Assembly (NCBI GenBank): GCA_035537875.1
Contig: DATLLJ010000103.1
Coordinates: forward strand, 2,999 to 66,998
Reading direction: 5' to 3'
Length of the DNA stretch: 64,000 bases
Source: Vicinamibacterales bacterium
GTDB taxonomy: Bacteria; Acidobacteriota; Vicinamibacteria; Vicinamibacterales; CAVVIG01
The translations under genes and the position numbers were made by a program. Below the pieces are notes generated by a model. It worked only from the letters and a program-made list of their open reading frames with translations. It was not told where the DNA came from and did not search any database. This document shows, in pieces, positions 26,078 through 35,810 of the stretch (the stretch's first letter is position 1; each line of letters opens with the position of its first letter).

Positions 26078-27121
26078 TCACCGTAGTCGCGAAGATCGGG
26101 ACGACGATGCTGCCTTGGTAGTCCGGCCCGGTTGCGCCGCCACGAAGAACGCGCGACGGTAGGCGGTCGGCGTCGTCTTGAGCATCCGTCGAAAGTGTTC
26201 GCGCAGCGTTGCTGCTGTCTGCAAGCCCGCCGACTCCGCGATCCAGTCGATCGGCCGGTCGCTCTTTTCGAGCAGTTGCTGCGCGCTCAGAATCCGCTGG
26301 TGCATCAGCCAGCGATGCGGTGTGGTGCCTGTCTCCTGCTTGAATCGTCGCGCGAACGTCCGCGCCGACATGTTCGCTCGATCCGCGAGGTCGTCGACGG
26401 TCAGCGTGCGATCGAGGTGCGCCTGGGCCCATTCGAGGAGGCGTGCGAGCCCCGGCGATCCTTCGGACACAATGGGCCGAACCGCGAATTGCGCCTGGCC
26501 TCCTTCGCGAACCGGTGGGACCACGAGCCGGCGTGCCACTTGATTCGCGATCTCCGCTCCGAAGTCTCGGCGGACGAGATGCAGGCAGAGATCAATTCCC
26601 GCAGCGCTGCCTGCCGACGTGAGGATGGCACCTTCGTCGATGTAAAGGACGTCCGGCTCTACCCAGATCTTCGGGTAGCGTGACCGCAGCGTCTCGACAT
26701 AGCGCCAGTGCGTCGTCGCCTGCCGACCGTCGAGCAGGCCTGTGGCGGCAAGCACGAATACGCCCGAGCAGATCGACACGAGCCGTGCACCGCGCGCGTG
26801 GGCCCGACGCAGCGCCGCGATAAGGGGTGCGGGCGGCGTATCGTGGACACGCCATCCTGGGATGATGATCGTGCCGGCGCGAGCCAGTTCCGCAAGACCG
26901 CTGCGCGTCTGCAGGAACAATCCGCCGGTGGCTCGAAGCGGACCGCGTTCGTGCGAGCAGACGCGGAACCGATACCAGCTTTCTCCCATTTCTGGACGCG
27001 GCAGCCCGAACACTTCGGTGACGATGCCGAGCTCAAAGAGTGCCGAGGCCGTCGTATGCCAGTGCCGCGACGTTGCGGCGATCGATTGTCGACATGGCAG
27101 GATTCTAGCGAATATTGTCAT
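26078..27121 (-). CDS. GlxA-type AraC family regulator (DJ-1/PfpI domain + AraC HTH); 5' end apparently frameshifted
   Basis: DJ-1-like region IIIPGW...RLVSICSGVFVLAATGLLDGRQATTHW. The C-terminal AraC HTH is LTVDDLADRANMSARTFARRFKQETGTTPHRWL...TPTAYRR. The expected N-terminus MSTIDRRNVAALAYDGL is present in another frame from ATG 27094 and stops at 27033. One extra base near 27040-27050 joins it to the main frame. Confidence 0.8.
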   Translation of the reverse strand: MTIFARILPCRQSIAATSRHWHTTASALFELGIVTEVFGLPRPEMGESWYRFRVCSHERGPLRATGGLFLQTRSGLAELARAGTIIIPGWRVHDTPPAPLIAALRRAHARGARLVSICSGVFVLAATGLLDGRQATTHWRYVETLRSRYPKIWVEPDVLYIDEGAILTSAGSAAGIDLCLHLVRRDFGAEIANQVARRLVVPPVREGGQAQFAVRPIVSEGSPGLARLLEWAQAHLDRTLTVDDLADRANMSARTFARRFKQETGTTPHRWLMHQRILSAQQLLEKSDRPIDWIAESAGLQTAATLREHFRRMLKTTPTAYRRAFFVAAQPGRTTKAASSSRSSRLR

Positions 27122-27166
27122 TTCTGCCGCTCGATCGGCCGGGCGGCGACCGCCATACTGTCGGGC

Positions 27167-27685
27167 ATGTCACGAGTCACCGAACTACCCGCCGCCGATC
27201 CCACCGCCGCGCGCACACACTTCGAGGGCTTGCTGGCGCCTACGAGACCGACTGCTGGGATGTCCACGCCCTCGCTCGGCGACGCGCAAGGCTTCGTTTT
27301 GCTCGACGTGCGTGCGCCACAGTCGTTCGAGCAGGGGCACGTGCCGGGTGCCGTCAGTCTGCCGCATGGAAAGATCAACGAGCAGAACCTGACCGCGTAC
27401 CCCGCCGACACGCTCTTCGTCGTCTACTGCAACGGACCGCACTGTAACGGCGCCGATCGCGCTGCCGCACGCCTGGCGCGCCTTGGCCGGCCGGTCAAGA
27501 AGATGATTGGCGGCGTCGAGGGGTGGAAGGACGAAGGCTTCCGTCTCGTGACGGCGGACCCGAACCCGATGACGCGCGGGCGCACCAGGCAAACCGCAGG
27601 ACGCGTGTCGCTATTCAGATGCATGTTTGGTGAACGCCTGGCAGCGCATCTCCAGCGATTCCAAGGGAGACGCGATGACGATTGA
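27167..27685 (+). CDS. rhodanese-domain sulfurtransferase
   Basis: FVLLDVRAPQSFEQGHVPGAVSLP... followed by the active-site loop VVYCNGPHCNGA and GGVEGWKDEGF. ATG 27167 verified. Divergent from the AraC regulator. Confidence 0.8.
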   Translation: MSRVTELPAADPTAARTHFEGLLAPTRPTAGMSTPSLGDAQGFVLLDVRAPQSFEQGHVPGAVSLPHGKINEQNLTAYPADTLFVVYCNGPHCNGADRAAARLARLGRPVKKMIGGVEGWKDEGFRLVTADPNPMTRGRTRQTAGRVSLFRCMFGERLAAHLQRFQGRRDDD

Positions 27686-28034
27686 ACGACTGCTGGCCTT
27701 CGGCGATGCCTGGAACCGCGGCGACGTCGACAACATCATGAGCTACTTCGCTGTGGAGTGCACATATCACGCGTCGGTCGGACCTGAACCTGGACGGACG
27801 TAGGAGGGGCGGGAGGCGGTGCGACAGGGTGTGATCGACATGCTGTCGTATGACCGAGGCGGGAGGTCCAAGGCCGGTGCAGCGTTCGTCGCCGATGAGC
27901 GCGGCGTTGCCGAATGGTCCTACGAGTTCACAGCAGCCGACGGCACGGTGACGGCGATTCGCGGCTGCGATGTCTTTGAATTCGAAGGCGATCTGATTCG
28001 TCGAAAGGACGCCTTTCGAAAGGTGTACGCCTGA
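27675..28034 (+). pseudogene. SnoaL/NTF2-like protein interrupted by an in-frame TAG
   Basis: MTIERLLAFGDAWNRGDVDNIMSYFAVECTYHASVGPEPGRT is followed by TAG (27801-27803). The same frame then continues EGREAVRQGVIDML...IRGCDVFEFEGDLIRRKDAFRKVYA. Confidence 0.65.
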
Positions 28035-28182
28035 CCGCGGACATCACACGGCAGAGGCATGATGGACTGAATTTGCCTTGCGGCTGAGCATGGCTGGCAG
28101 TTGGGGATTCGAAGTCAGGCTGCTTGTCTTAAGCGATCGATCTGGTCCAGCCAGCTGTTGACTCGGTTCCAACTGGCGCTGT

Positions 28183-28202
28183 TCTGGTCCACCATCCTTC
28201 GC
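28183..28202 (+). repeat. Direct repeat copy 2 (attR of island A / attL of island B)
   Basis: Exact 20-nt copy of the tRNA-Ala 3' end plus flank. Confidence 0.9.
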
Positions 28203-28467
28203 TCGCCTGCGGCGAGCTTCGGCTCGGTAAACCAGGCGAGTTATTGACAGACGAAGCATGCCGCGCCGGAGCGGCTGCGCGAGGCCGCGAAGGCGGGCCC
28301 GCGAATCCGCGCCTCTGTTCACGAGGCCAGGCCGGCCACTTGGCAGACAGTGCTGCGCGGGCCGCGTCGATCGCTCGCAGAAGCTACCACGCTCCCCCAG
28401 CGTCTCGACGGATCCGGGTCAGTTTCGATTCAGCCAGCCGGCATTCGGTGTGTGCCGTTAAAGGGGC

Positions 28468-28623
28468 ATGGCGCATGAAGAGCGATTCCTGTACGTGCTC
28501 AGAAACGCGAATCCACATCCGCACGTCGTCATCCAGTTCCCGGATGAAAAGCGTGCCATCCGCTTCGAAAGCTACCTGAAGTCCGGCTCGGGCCGAGCCT
28601 TTGCGAAACGTCACTTCGAACCG
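28468..28623 (+). pseudogene. GIY-YIG gene remnant (catalytic core deleted, stop lost)
   Basis: MAHEERFLYVLRNANPHPH joins directly to VVIQFPDEKRAIRFESYLKSGSGRAFAKRHFEP. About 36 codons present in copy A are missing. Confidence 0.65.
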
Positions 28624-28629
28624 AGACAC

Positions 28630-28776
28630 AGCGCGGCCCTTCGAGCTGCCCGTCAGACCGCGTCCGCAGGATTCGCAGCGAACGAAGCCGCCCAGCGGAA
28701 AATCGGGATGCGCGCGCTTGCCGCGCACGCCGGGCACGTCCACGATGCCGGCGTACAGCTGATTGCGCAGCAGCAT
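28630..28776 (-). pseudogene. serine recombinase C-terminal fragment
   Basis: MLLRNQLYAGIVDVPGVRGKRAHPDFPLGGFVRCESCGRGLTGSSKGR aligns to copy A residues LLRNQLYAGIVDVPEYGVRGKR...AHPDFPLRAFVRCDSYGRGLTGSWSKGR, with an internal deletion. Confidence 0.65.
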
Positions 28777-28796
28777 GCCGATCGCCGGTTGGCGCT

Positions 28797-30314
28797 ATGC
28801 TTAGCACGCTGGGGGATCTGATGCACGCGCAAGGGGCGCTCGATTCGTCGAACCGTCGTGTACGGATTCGCAATGCCGTCGCCTGCGCCGTGCTTGCGAT
28901 TCCGCTCATGGCCGTCAGACCAGCAGGCGCGCCGCTGGATATGCGGCTGCACATCGACGCGTCGCTCCGTACCAACGCCGTCTACCACCTTGCTTGCCTC
29001 GGCGGCTCCATTTCCTGCTCGCGCGATATCTTCGAGCGGTTCTGGAAAGACCGTCTGCACGAATCGGTCGACGACCGTCAGACCGTGGCCGCGTGGCAGC
29101 GGCTCCTCGCGAGCGCAGTCGAGCGCGCGCCAGAAATGAAGCCCTCGCCACTTCTGATCAATGCGGTCCCGATGCACCCGGACGGTCTGACGCGACGTCA
29201 GGTGATTGCCGGTCTCATCGAAACGCGGTCGGCTCCCGCCCTCCAGCGCCGTGCGCCCGGGTTGAGCCGCGCTGACGCAAGCGAATTGATCGGACTCGTC
29301 GACCGCGTCGAGCGGCGCCTCCGTCCGTGGTGGCGGGCCGAGGGCGAACGAGCGGCCAAGGCGCGGATCCGAGGCGTGACTGAAACGGCGCGGCGGAACC
29401 ACATGATGCAGGCACTGGGACGGATGGCTCAGTTCCTGGAATCCGTACCGCCAAGTCGTGATGCCTACGTTCACGCCATCGCGCCGCCGGAACCGGAGTC
29501 GAAAGATTACAATGCGACCGCCATTCTGAATCACCTGCCGATTGAAGCGGTCACTGCCGCAAACGATCCGAACGAGATTGTCGAAGGTGCCGTACACGAG
29601 ATCGCGCACTATCTCTACGACTACATCCCTCCAGACAAGCACCTCGCGCTTGTGAACGAGTTCATCGCGTCTGGCGCTCCGTCGGTCGCCGGGATCTACT
29701 CGTACCTCCACGAAGCGATGGCGATTTCGGCGCAGGAACTCTACGGTGACGCGCTCGAAAACGGCGGGTCTGACCGTGACGACGATGGCGACACCGGATA
29801 CAAGCATCCGTATATCCCGGTGCTCGCCAGTGCGGCCGCGCCACTCGTGAAGGCCGCCGTGGCACGGAACGAACACCTGGTCGGCGGGTTCTCGCGGTCG
29901 TACATTGCCGGCGCCCTGTCCAAGCTCGGAGGCCGCCGCAACGAGTTGCCTTTTGTCTTTGCACAGGCGGTATTGGTGACGACGAGTGGAAACCGCGAAT
30001 TCGCGGACGCATTCCAACGCACGCTGTTTCCAGTCGGCACCGTGCGGTTCACTGATCTGGCGAAGGCCGAGGCGTTTCCCGACGCGAACCTTTTGCAGTT
30101 TTCCGCTTACGCCGAGCTCGGCGTCATCCCGGAGCCACAGCTCGTCCAGCTTCGCGACACTCACCGCGGCTTCGCCTTCGCGTCGCAGCGCGGGCGCGGC
30201 GGCTATCACCTGATAGTGGCTGGCCGATCCGACGAAGACATTCTTGCCGTCATCGAGAAGCTTGGCGACGTTGACGCCCTTGTCGGACCGGGGCTGATTG
30301 TCAGCGTGGACTAG
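28797..30314 (+). CDS. hypothetical protein with HExxH motif (possible zinc metallopeptidase fold)
   Basis: 505 aa with normal amino-acid composition. The fully overlapping minus-strand ORF is Arg-rich. It contains GAVHEIAHYLYD (HEIAH) and a downstream LHEAMA. There is a possible N-terminal signal or TM segment (AVACAVLAIPLMAV). I recognise no family. Confidence 0.6.
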   Translation: MLSTLGDLMHAQGALDSSNRRVRIRNAVACAVLAIPLMAVRPAGAPLDMRLHIDASLRTNAVYHLACLGGSISCSRDIFERFWKDRLHESVDDRQTVAAWQRLLASAVERAPEMKPSPLLINAVPMHPDGLTRRQVIAGLIETRSAPALQRRAPGLSRADASELIGLVDRVERRLRPWWRAEGERAAKARIRGVTETARRNHMMQALGRMAQFLESVPPSRDAYVHAIAPPEPESKDYNATAILNHLPIEAVTAANDPNEIVEGAVHEIAHYLYDYIPPDKHLALVNEFIASGAPSVAGIYSYLHEAMAISAQELYGDALENGGSDRDDDGDTGYKHPYIPVLASAAAPLVKAAVARNEHLVGGFSRSYIAGALSKLGGRRNELPFVFAQAVLVTTSGNREFADAFQRTLFPVGTVRFTDLAKAEAFPDANLLQFSAYAELGVIPEPQLVQLRDTHRGFAFASQRGRGGYHLIVAGRSDEDILAVIEKLGDVDALVGPGLIVSVD

Positions 30315-30613
30315 CTCGGAGCTCCGAGGCCTCCAGCGAGCGCTGACAGTGTAGGGCTGCAGCCGGCTCGCCCTCGTCCCTCACGTTTCCCCGGGCCAAT
30401 CGATGCCAACAGGGATCAGCCCCGACCTGGTCGTGGTGAGGTTTGGGACGGGCGCTGATCCGCGAGACCGTCCTGATGCCGTCCTATCGTGACTATGCGG
30501 CACGCTGCAGTCCATCGACGATCTCCAGCCAGTTCGCCAATAGGTTCCAACTGGCGATCCCCGTCGTCGGGGCGCGCCGCGACGCCTTCGGCAGCGCGAG
30601 CGGGCCGACTCCC

Positions 30614-30631
30614 GTCTGGTCCACCATCCTT
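30614..30631 (+). repeat. Direct repeat copy 3 (attR-like)
   Basis: gtctggtccaccatcctt is identical to tRNA positions 22211-22228. Confidence 0.85.
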
Positions 30632-30809
30632 TGTTTGTGAAATCCCGGGACAGGGTTGAGCGGGGTCTCAGGACTCCGCAATCTGAGCACGGCAGCGGCG
30701 TCCAGCACCGTCCCAACCGGTGGCGGGTTCGTTAGCGCCCTGCGCGATGCCACCATTCTGGCGGACGGCGACTGGTCCTAGAATTGGCGTTCAATCAATG
30801 GAGGATCGG

Positions 30810-31214
30810 ATGGCGAAGGTCACAGGAATCGGCGGTGTATTTTTCAAATCCACCAACGATCACAAGAAGCTCGCGGAGTGGTACAGCCAAAACTTGGGAA
30901 TTCAGCTCGAGCCCTGGGGCGGCGCGATCCTCAAATGGACCGACGACAAGGCCGAGGACCAGGGCCTCACCGTGTGGCATGTCGCGGAGAAGACCACCGA
31001 ATGGTTCAGCCCCAGCCCCACCAGCTTCATGATCAACTACCGAATCGACAACATGTCCGAAATGGTGGCGGATCTGAAGCGAAACGGCGTCGAAATCTGG
31101 AAGGGCCCTGAATCCCACGAGAACGGAAAATTCGCATGGATCCTCGATCCCGACGGAAACAAAGTCGAACTTTGGGAGCCCATGCCGTGGGACGAAAAAA
31201 ACAAAACGAAGTGA
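30810..31214 (+). CDS. VOC/glyoxalase-fold protein
   Basis: MAKVTGIGGVFFKSTNDHKKLAEWYSQNLGI...FAWILDPDGNKVELWEP. GGAGGA lies 5 nt upstream of ATG 30810. Noticeably lower GC than its neighbours. Confidence 0.75.
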   Translation: MAKVTGIGGVFFKSTNDHKKLAEWYSQNLGIQLEPWGGAILKWTDDKAEDQGLTVWHVAEKTTEWFSPSPTSFMINYRIDNMSEMVADLKRNGVEIWKGPESHENGKFAWILDPDGNKVELWEPMPWDEKNKTK

Positions 31215-31615
31215 CTAGCGGCGCGCCCGGCTTTACCGCCGCCCGCCTCCGTTCGCCGAGGCTTCCCGATTTCTGCGGAAAGATGATACCCACAGTGACA
31301 CTCGCTGCGAGCCGCGCCGACGCGATCGCGTTCGACGAGCGGATAATTTCGCATGGTCGCCGGACGGCACGACTCGCGGGGCCTGATTCCTCCGTCGATC
31401 GAGTCTCAGCTCCACACGCTCAACCCCTCGTACGAATCAGAAACAGCGAACGCTCTTGGTCCGATCGTCGGTAGAAACTGCCACCTCCAGCAGCCTCGTC
31501 GCAAGCGGCCCCTACTGTCGTCCAGACTCGGAGCCAGTCCGACGGGGTTTCCGAAGGAGGCGGCCCGGGATCTTCCCCGGGTCGCCCCCGCCGTCTGACG
31601 CACATCCCTTCCAGG

Positions 31616-33117
31616 CTAGGCGCCGGTCGACGCCTCGGTCATGTTCGCGATCACCTGGTCGAGGCTGAAACTCGCCGCCTTCTGCCGCGGCGGGAAATCC
31701 TTGAAGGTCGCCAGGAACTCGCCGACGTAGGCCTGCGCGGGCACGAGCAGGTAGATGTGACGAAACATCCAGTCGTAGAAGGTGTTCGATGTAATCTGCG
31801 CGTGCTCGTACGGATCCATCCGCAGATTGAAAATGTACGGCGTCCGCAGCGCCACGAAGGGTTCCTGCCAGATCTTGAGCGTCCCCTGGACCCGCTGCTC
31901 CAGAAACAGCATCTTCCAGTTGTCGTAGCGGAGGGCCGCGACGTCGCCGTCGTCGGTGAAATAGATGAAAGCTTGACGCGGGCTGTTGGGCTCCTTACCG
32001 GTGAGGTACGGGAGCAGGTTGTAGCCGTCGAGGTGGACCTTGAACGTCTTGTTTCCGATCGTGTGGCCCGCCTTCAGCTTCGCGGCGATGTCGGGCTCGC
32101 CGGCCACCGCTAGAATCGTGGGGAACCAGTCCTGGTGACTCACGATCTCGTTCGATTCGGATCCGGCGGCTATCCTGCCTGGGAAGCGCACCAGGCAGGG
32201 CACGCGATACGCGCCCTCCCAGCTCGAGTTCTTCTCGTTCCGGAATGGGGTGTTGCCAGCGTCCGGCCAGGTATTCATGTGCGGCCCGTTGTCGGTGCTG
32301 TACTGCACGAACGTGTTGTCGGCGATGCCGAGCTTGTCGAGGAAGTCGAGCATCTCGCCGATGTGCTTGTCGTGGTCGATCATCACGTCGTGGTACTCGG
32401 ATTGCCAGCGGCCGGATTGGCCACGGCTCTCCGGTTTCACATGGGTCCACGCGTGCATGTGCGACGTGTTGAACCACACGAAGAATGGCTCGCCGGCGTC
32501 GTGGGCAGCCTGGATGAACTTCTTGGCCGCCGCGAGGAATTCTTCGTCACAGGTCTCCATGCGCTTCCTGGTCAGAGGACCGGTGTTCTCGATCTTCTGG
32601 CCACCCTTGCCGTCCGCCCAGCAGTGCAACACGCCGCGCGGCCCGAACTTCTTCCTGAACTGGGGGAAGTCCTTCGCGTTCGGATAGTCCACTTCCTCCG
32701 GTTCCTCCTCGGCGTTCAGGTGATACAGGTTGCCGAAGAACTCGTCGAAGCCGTGCATCGTCGGCAGGTGCTCGTCGCGATCACCGAGGTGGTTCTTGCC
32801 GAACTGGCCGGTGCGATAGCCGAGCGGTTGAGCGCCTCGGCGATGGTGATGTCCTCGGCCTTGAGGCCCAGCTCCGCGCCGGGAAGGCCCACCTTCGTAA
32901 GACCGGTGCGGAGACCGCACTGTCCAGTGATGAACGACGCGCGGCCGGCGGTGCAGCTTTGCTCCGCGTACGAGTCGGTGAAAATCATGCCTTCTTTGGC
33001 GATGCGGTCGATATTGGGCGTCCTGTAGCCCATCAAGCCCCTGGTGTAGCAGCTGAGATTTGACTGACCGATGTCGTCTCCCCACATAACCAACACGTTC
33101 GGTTTCTTCGTCGCCAT
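31616..33117 (-). pseudogene. arylsulfatase (formylglycine type) with one frameshift
   Basis: The N-terminal frame is [24 protein letters not shown]...[12 protein letters not shown], with the C-x-A-x-R FGly motif. The body frame is [16 protein letters not shown]...STDNGPH.... The frame switch falls where GG at about 32826 would need to be GGG. ATG 33117 has an AGGGGAG RBS. Confidence 0.8.
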
Positions 33118-33339
33118 TCGATTGCTCCCCTTTCGTTTCCGTTGAGGTGGATGGTCCATGCGGCGGAGCCCCACGCGTGCGAGCACGATGCTAGGCTCCC
33201 TGCTCCAGGTACTCCATTGGACCAAGGTCCTATGTGAGCACCTGGCAGCCGCGAGCCTGAGCCCGCTGATGACGCTCGGCGGTCTGGCGGACGCGCAGAC
33301 GTGCACACCCGCCAGCGCTCGGGAATTCTCCCGTCACCG

Positions 33340-35700
33340 TCAGTCGCGGCGGTACCCCGTCATCTCGACCCGCACCGTCCAGAACTGCGCGCTCACATCA
33401 ACCACCAGCGGTACGCGACGCTCGTCGGCGCTGAGCCAGGCCGTCATGCGTAGTGGATCGCGATCGATCCGTTCACTCACCGTCGGCTGCACTTTCCAGG
33501 CTTCCCATGTGCGCCCGTCCAGCATGATCGACTCACGCGGCCCCACGCTGACATCGAGTCGCAGCGGGCGGCCGTTGTCGCTGATCGGAATGCGGTACCG
33601 CGCGCCTTCCGTCAGCGGCAGCGTGCGCAGATAGAAGAACGCGCTGATCGGGTCGCGCGCCCCAATACCGACAGGGAGCACGATCGACGTCCCGCCGCTC
33701 ACAATCCGCACCTCGTGACGCTCGGGGTCGAACGTCAGCTGGCGCTCGATACCTCGCGTGCCCTCGTCGATGGCTTCGGTGTACTCCAGCGGCAGCAGGC
33801 CGCCAGTCGTGGCCGATTCGAGCCTGACGATCGCCTCGTAGAAGCGCGACATCCACGGGGCCGTCGATGCGTCCACACGAAACGTATAGACTGCACCCGC
33901 CTTCGGCGGCACCACCGAGATCGTAGCCTGCCCAGCCGCCACATCGACCGGCCCGCTCGTCCACCGCAGGCGGTAGGTCGCCGCCTCGCCGGCGGTGAAC
34001 GGAATGGGGCCGGGATCGGGAGGAGGCACCTCCCCCGTCGCCCGCGCGCTCGCGTCGATCTCGGGCGACCAGTGCAACTGGTACACCCGCTGCTGGTCGA
34101 ATCGGGCCCGCTCGACCAGCACCTCGCCGAACGCCGGCTCCACCGCCAGCGCCTCGTCGCTGACGACGTACTCGACCCCGATGTTGTGCATCGCCAGCAG
34201 GGCATCCGCGGCGGGCAGACGGTTTGCCGTCCCCACCATCGCCTCGAAGAACGGCGGCATGATGCCGCTGTAGCCGTTGACGACCGGACGGCGATGCTCG
34301 AGCGACTGCAGCATGCACGGCGTGTTGGCAAGCCACACGCGCATGGGCACGCACAAGACAGCCCCGGATCCGGACTGGTCGCGGAGCCACCCGCCGACGC
34401 TGGTGCGCAAAGACGGAGGAGACGGGTAGGCAATGGCGCCGTTGCTGTACTCGACCGCGATCGCGAGCAGCGCGGCGACGACGAGGCCGCGCGCCAGTCG
34501 TGGTTGCCGCGCTTCCAGCGAACGAATGGCGAGGGCCGCCAGGACCGCGATACCGAGGAGGGCGAGGACGCTGAAACGGGGCACGGCGCGAATGGCCGCC
34601 ATGCCGAAGAGTCCGCGGTACAGCAACGAGTAAAGCGGCGTCGGGCCTTCGGGTCCCATCGACAGGATGACACCCGCCACTGTGACGACAGCGAACACCA
34701 CGGCGACTCTCCGGCTCTCCTTCCCGGCGAGTACACACCCGAGCAGGGCCAACAGCAGCGCACAGAACCCGGGGAAGAGTTCCTGTTCAACGCCTTCGCT
34801 GTACTGCAGCCACGCGCCAGGTCCTGGCCGCAAGACGCCTGTGCGGCCGTACAGCAGGTTCGTCGCCGGCGCCTGCAGGTAGTTGGCGAGCATGGCTCCA
34901 CCCATCGCGGCATCGCCGATCGTGCGGCCGGCGCCGGTCTCGCGGTGCACCAGCAGGTAGGGCAGGGCCCACGGCAGGGCCACCAGCACCGCGACCAGGG
35001 CGGCAGTGGCGGCGCGCCGCAGGAGTCGCCAGACACGCACGCGGTCGGTAAGCAGGACGAGTGCGACCGTCGCGAACGCGATCCCGATGCCACCGATGAT
35101 TCCGTAGTACATCGAGCTGACGGCCTGGAGCCCCAGCACGACTCCAAGCATCACCGTGTCGGTGCGCCGCTCGCGCTGGAAGAGGCGATGCAGCCACAAG
35201 AACGACAGCGGCATGAAGTACAGCGCCTGGAGCTGGACGTGCGCGAGATGCGCGAAATGGTAGGGGGCGAATCCGAAGATCAACCCCGAAATGTACGCCG
35301 CACGGTCGCTGCCGGTCAGTTCCCGCGCCAACATGTGCATCGCCAGGGCCGCTGCCACGAGCGAACCGACGAACAGCACGTTATAGCAGAGGACCAGATC
35401 GCCGGTGATGACGTAGACGGGCCAGAGCGCCACAGCCTGCGGCAGCAGGTTGTCGGAGTAGGCGAGCGTACGCGGGGCGGGGAAGAAGATGTTCGCGTCG
35501 AACACGCGCCCGGTGAACAGCCAGGACGGGTGTTCTGAGATGACCTGGAGGTCCCACCCGAGTGCCCACAGGTTCAGGGAGGCGTCGCCGGCCGCGCCCG
35601 CGGCGCCGAGCAGCGTGCGCGAATGCAGCACGAGCGGCCAGGTGAACAGGCACGCCGCGACACAGTACACCGCCGCGGCGAGCAGCGTTCTTCGGTTCAT
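33340..35700 (-). CDS. polytopic membrane protein (GT-C/ArnT-like glycosyltransferase fold suspected) fused to a C-terminal DUF3108-like domain
   Basis: 786 aa. The first 430 or so aa contain more than 10 TM helices. The last 230 or so aa (ATYRLRWTSGPVDVAAGQATISV...ISAFFYLRTLPL...TAWLSADERRVPLVV) resemble DUF3108. Confidence 0.65.
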   Translation of the reverse strand: MNRRTLLAAAVYCVAACLFTWPLVLHSRTLLGAAGAAGDASLNLWALGWDLQVISEHPSWLFTGRVFDANIFFPAPRTLAYSDNLLPQAVALWPVYVITGDLVLCYNVLFVGSLVAAALAMHMLARELTGSDRAAYISGLIFGFAPYHFAHLAHVQLQALYFMPLSFLWLHRLFQRERRTDTVMLGVVLGLQAVSSMYYGIIGGIGIAFATVALVLLTDRVRVWRLLRRAATAALVAVLVALPWALPYLLVHRETGAGRTIGDAAMGGAMLANYLQAPATNLLYGRTGVLRPGPGAWLQYSEGVEQELFPGFCALLLALLGCVLAGKESRRVAVVFAVVTVAGVILSMGPEGPTPLYSLLYRGLFGMAAIRAVPRFSVLALLGIAVLAALAIRSLEARQPRLARGLVVAALLAIAVEYSNGAIAYPSPPSLRTSVGGWLRDQSGSGAVLCVPMRVWLANTPCMLQSLEHRRPVVNGYSGIMPPFFEAMVGTANRLPAADALLAMHNIGVEYVVSDEALAVEPAFGEVLVERARFDQQRVYQLHWSPEIDASARATGEVPPPDPGPIPFTAGEAATYRLRWTSGPVDVAAGQATISVVPPKAGAVYTFRVDASTAPWMSRFYEAIVRLESATTGGLLPLEYTEAIDEGTRGIERQLTFDPERHEVRIVSGGTSIVLPVGIGARDPISAFFYLRTLPLTEGARYRIPISDNGRPLRLDVSVGPRESIMLDGRTWEAWKVQPTVSERIDRDPLRMTAWLSADERRVPLVVDVSAQFWTVRVEMTGYRRD

Positions 35701-35810
35701 CGTCGAATCAGGTGTCAGCAGCTACGCGAGCACAGCCGCGTCGATTGTCCGCCAGGTTCTTCATAAGAGTACAGTATCGCTGCCGGCCGACTCCGGCGGT
35801 CTACAATGAC

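Larger units (their letters stand above)
22224..28202. mobile_element. Integrative island A at tRNA-Ala (decayed)
   Basis: Bounded by the intact tRNA 3' end and a 20-nt exact copy of it at 28183-28202. A serine recombinase gene lies next to the tRNA. Cargo is accessory-type, and most genes are disrupted. Confidence 0.7.
28203..30631. mobile_element. Integrative island B (remnant) in tandem with island A
   Basis: It starts with the same GIY-YIG / recombinase module as island A, now internally deleted. It ends at the third tRNA-end copy. About 45 nt upstream of DR2 and DR3 are homologous (gatct..tccagccag..ggttccaactggcg), indicating a shared right end. Confidence 0.6.

Noticed and set aside
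28653-30209. 518-aa minus-strand ORF fully overlapping the HExxH protein gene
   Set aside because: It is Arg/Gly/Val-rich with a low-complexity feel and no motifs. It is a typical antisense shadow in high-GC DNA. The plus-strand frame has normal composition.
33533-35538. Three long alternative-frame or antisense ORFs (607, 470 and 401 aa) over the GT-C-like gene
   Set aside because: All are Arg/Pro/Gly-rich without TM periodicity. The 786-aa frame has coherent TM helices and a recognisable C-terminal domain.
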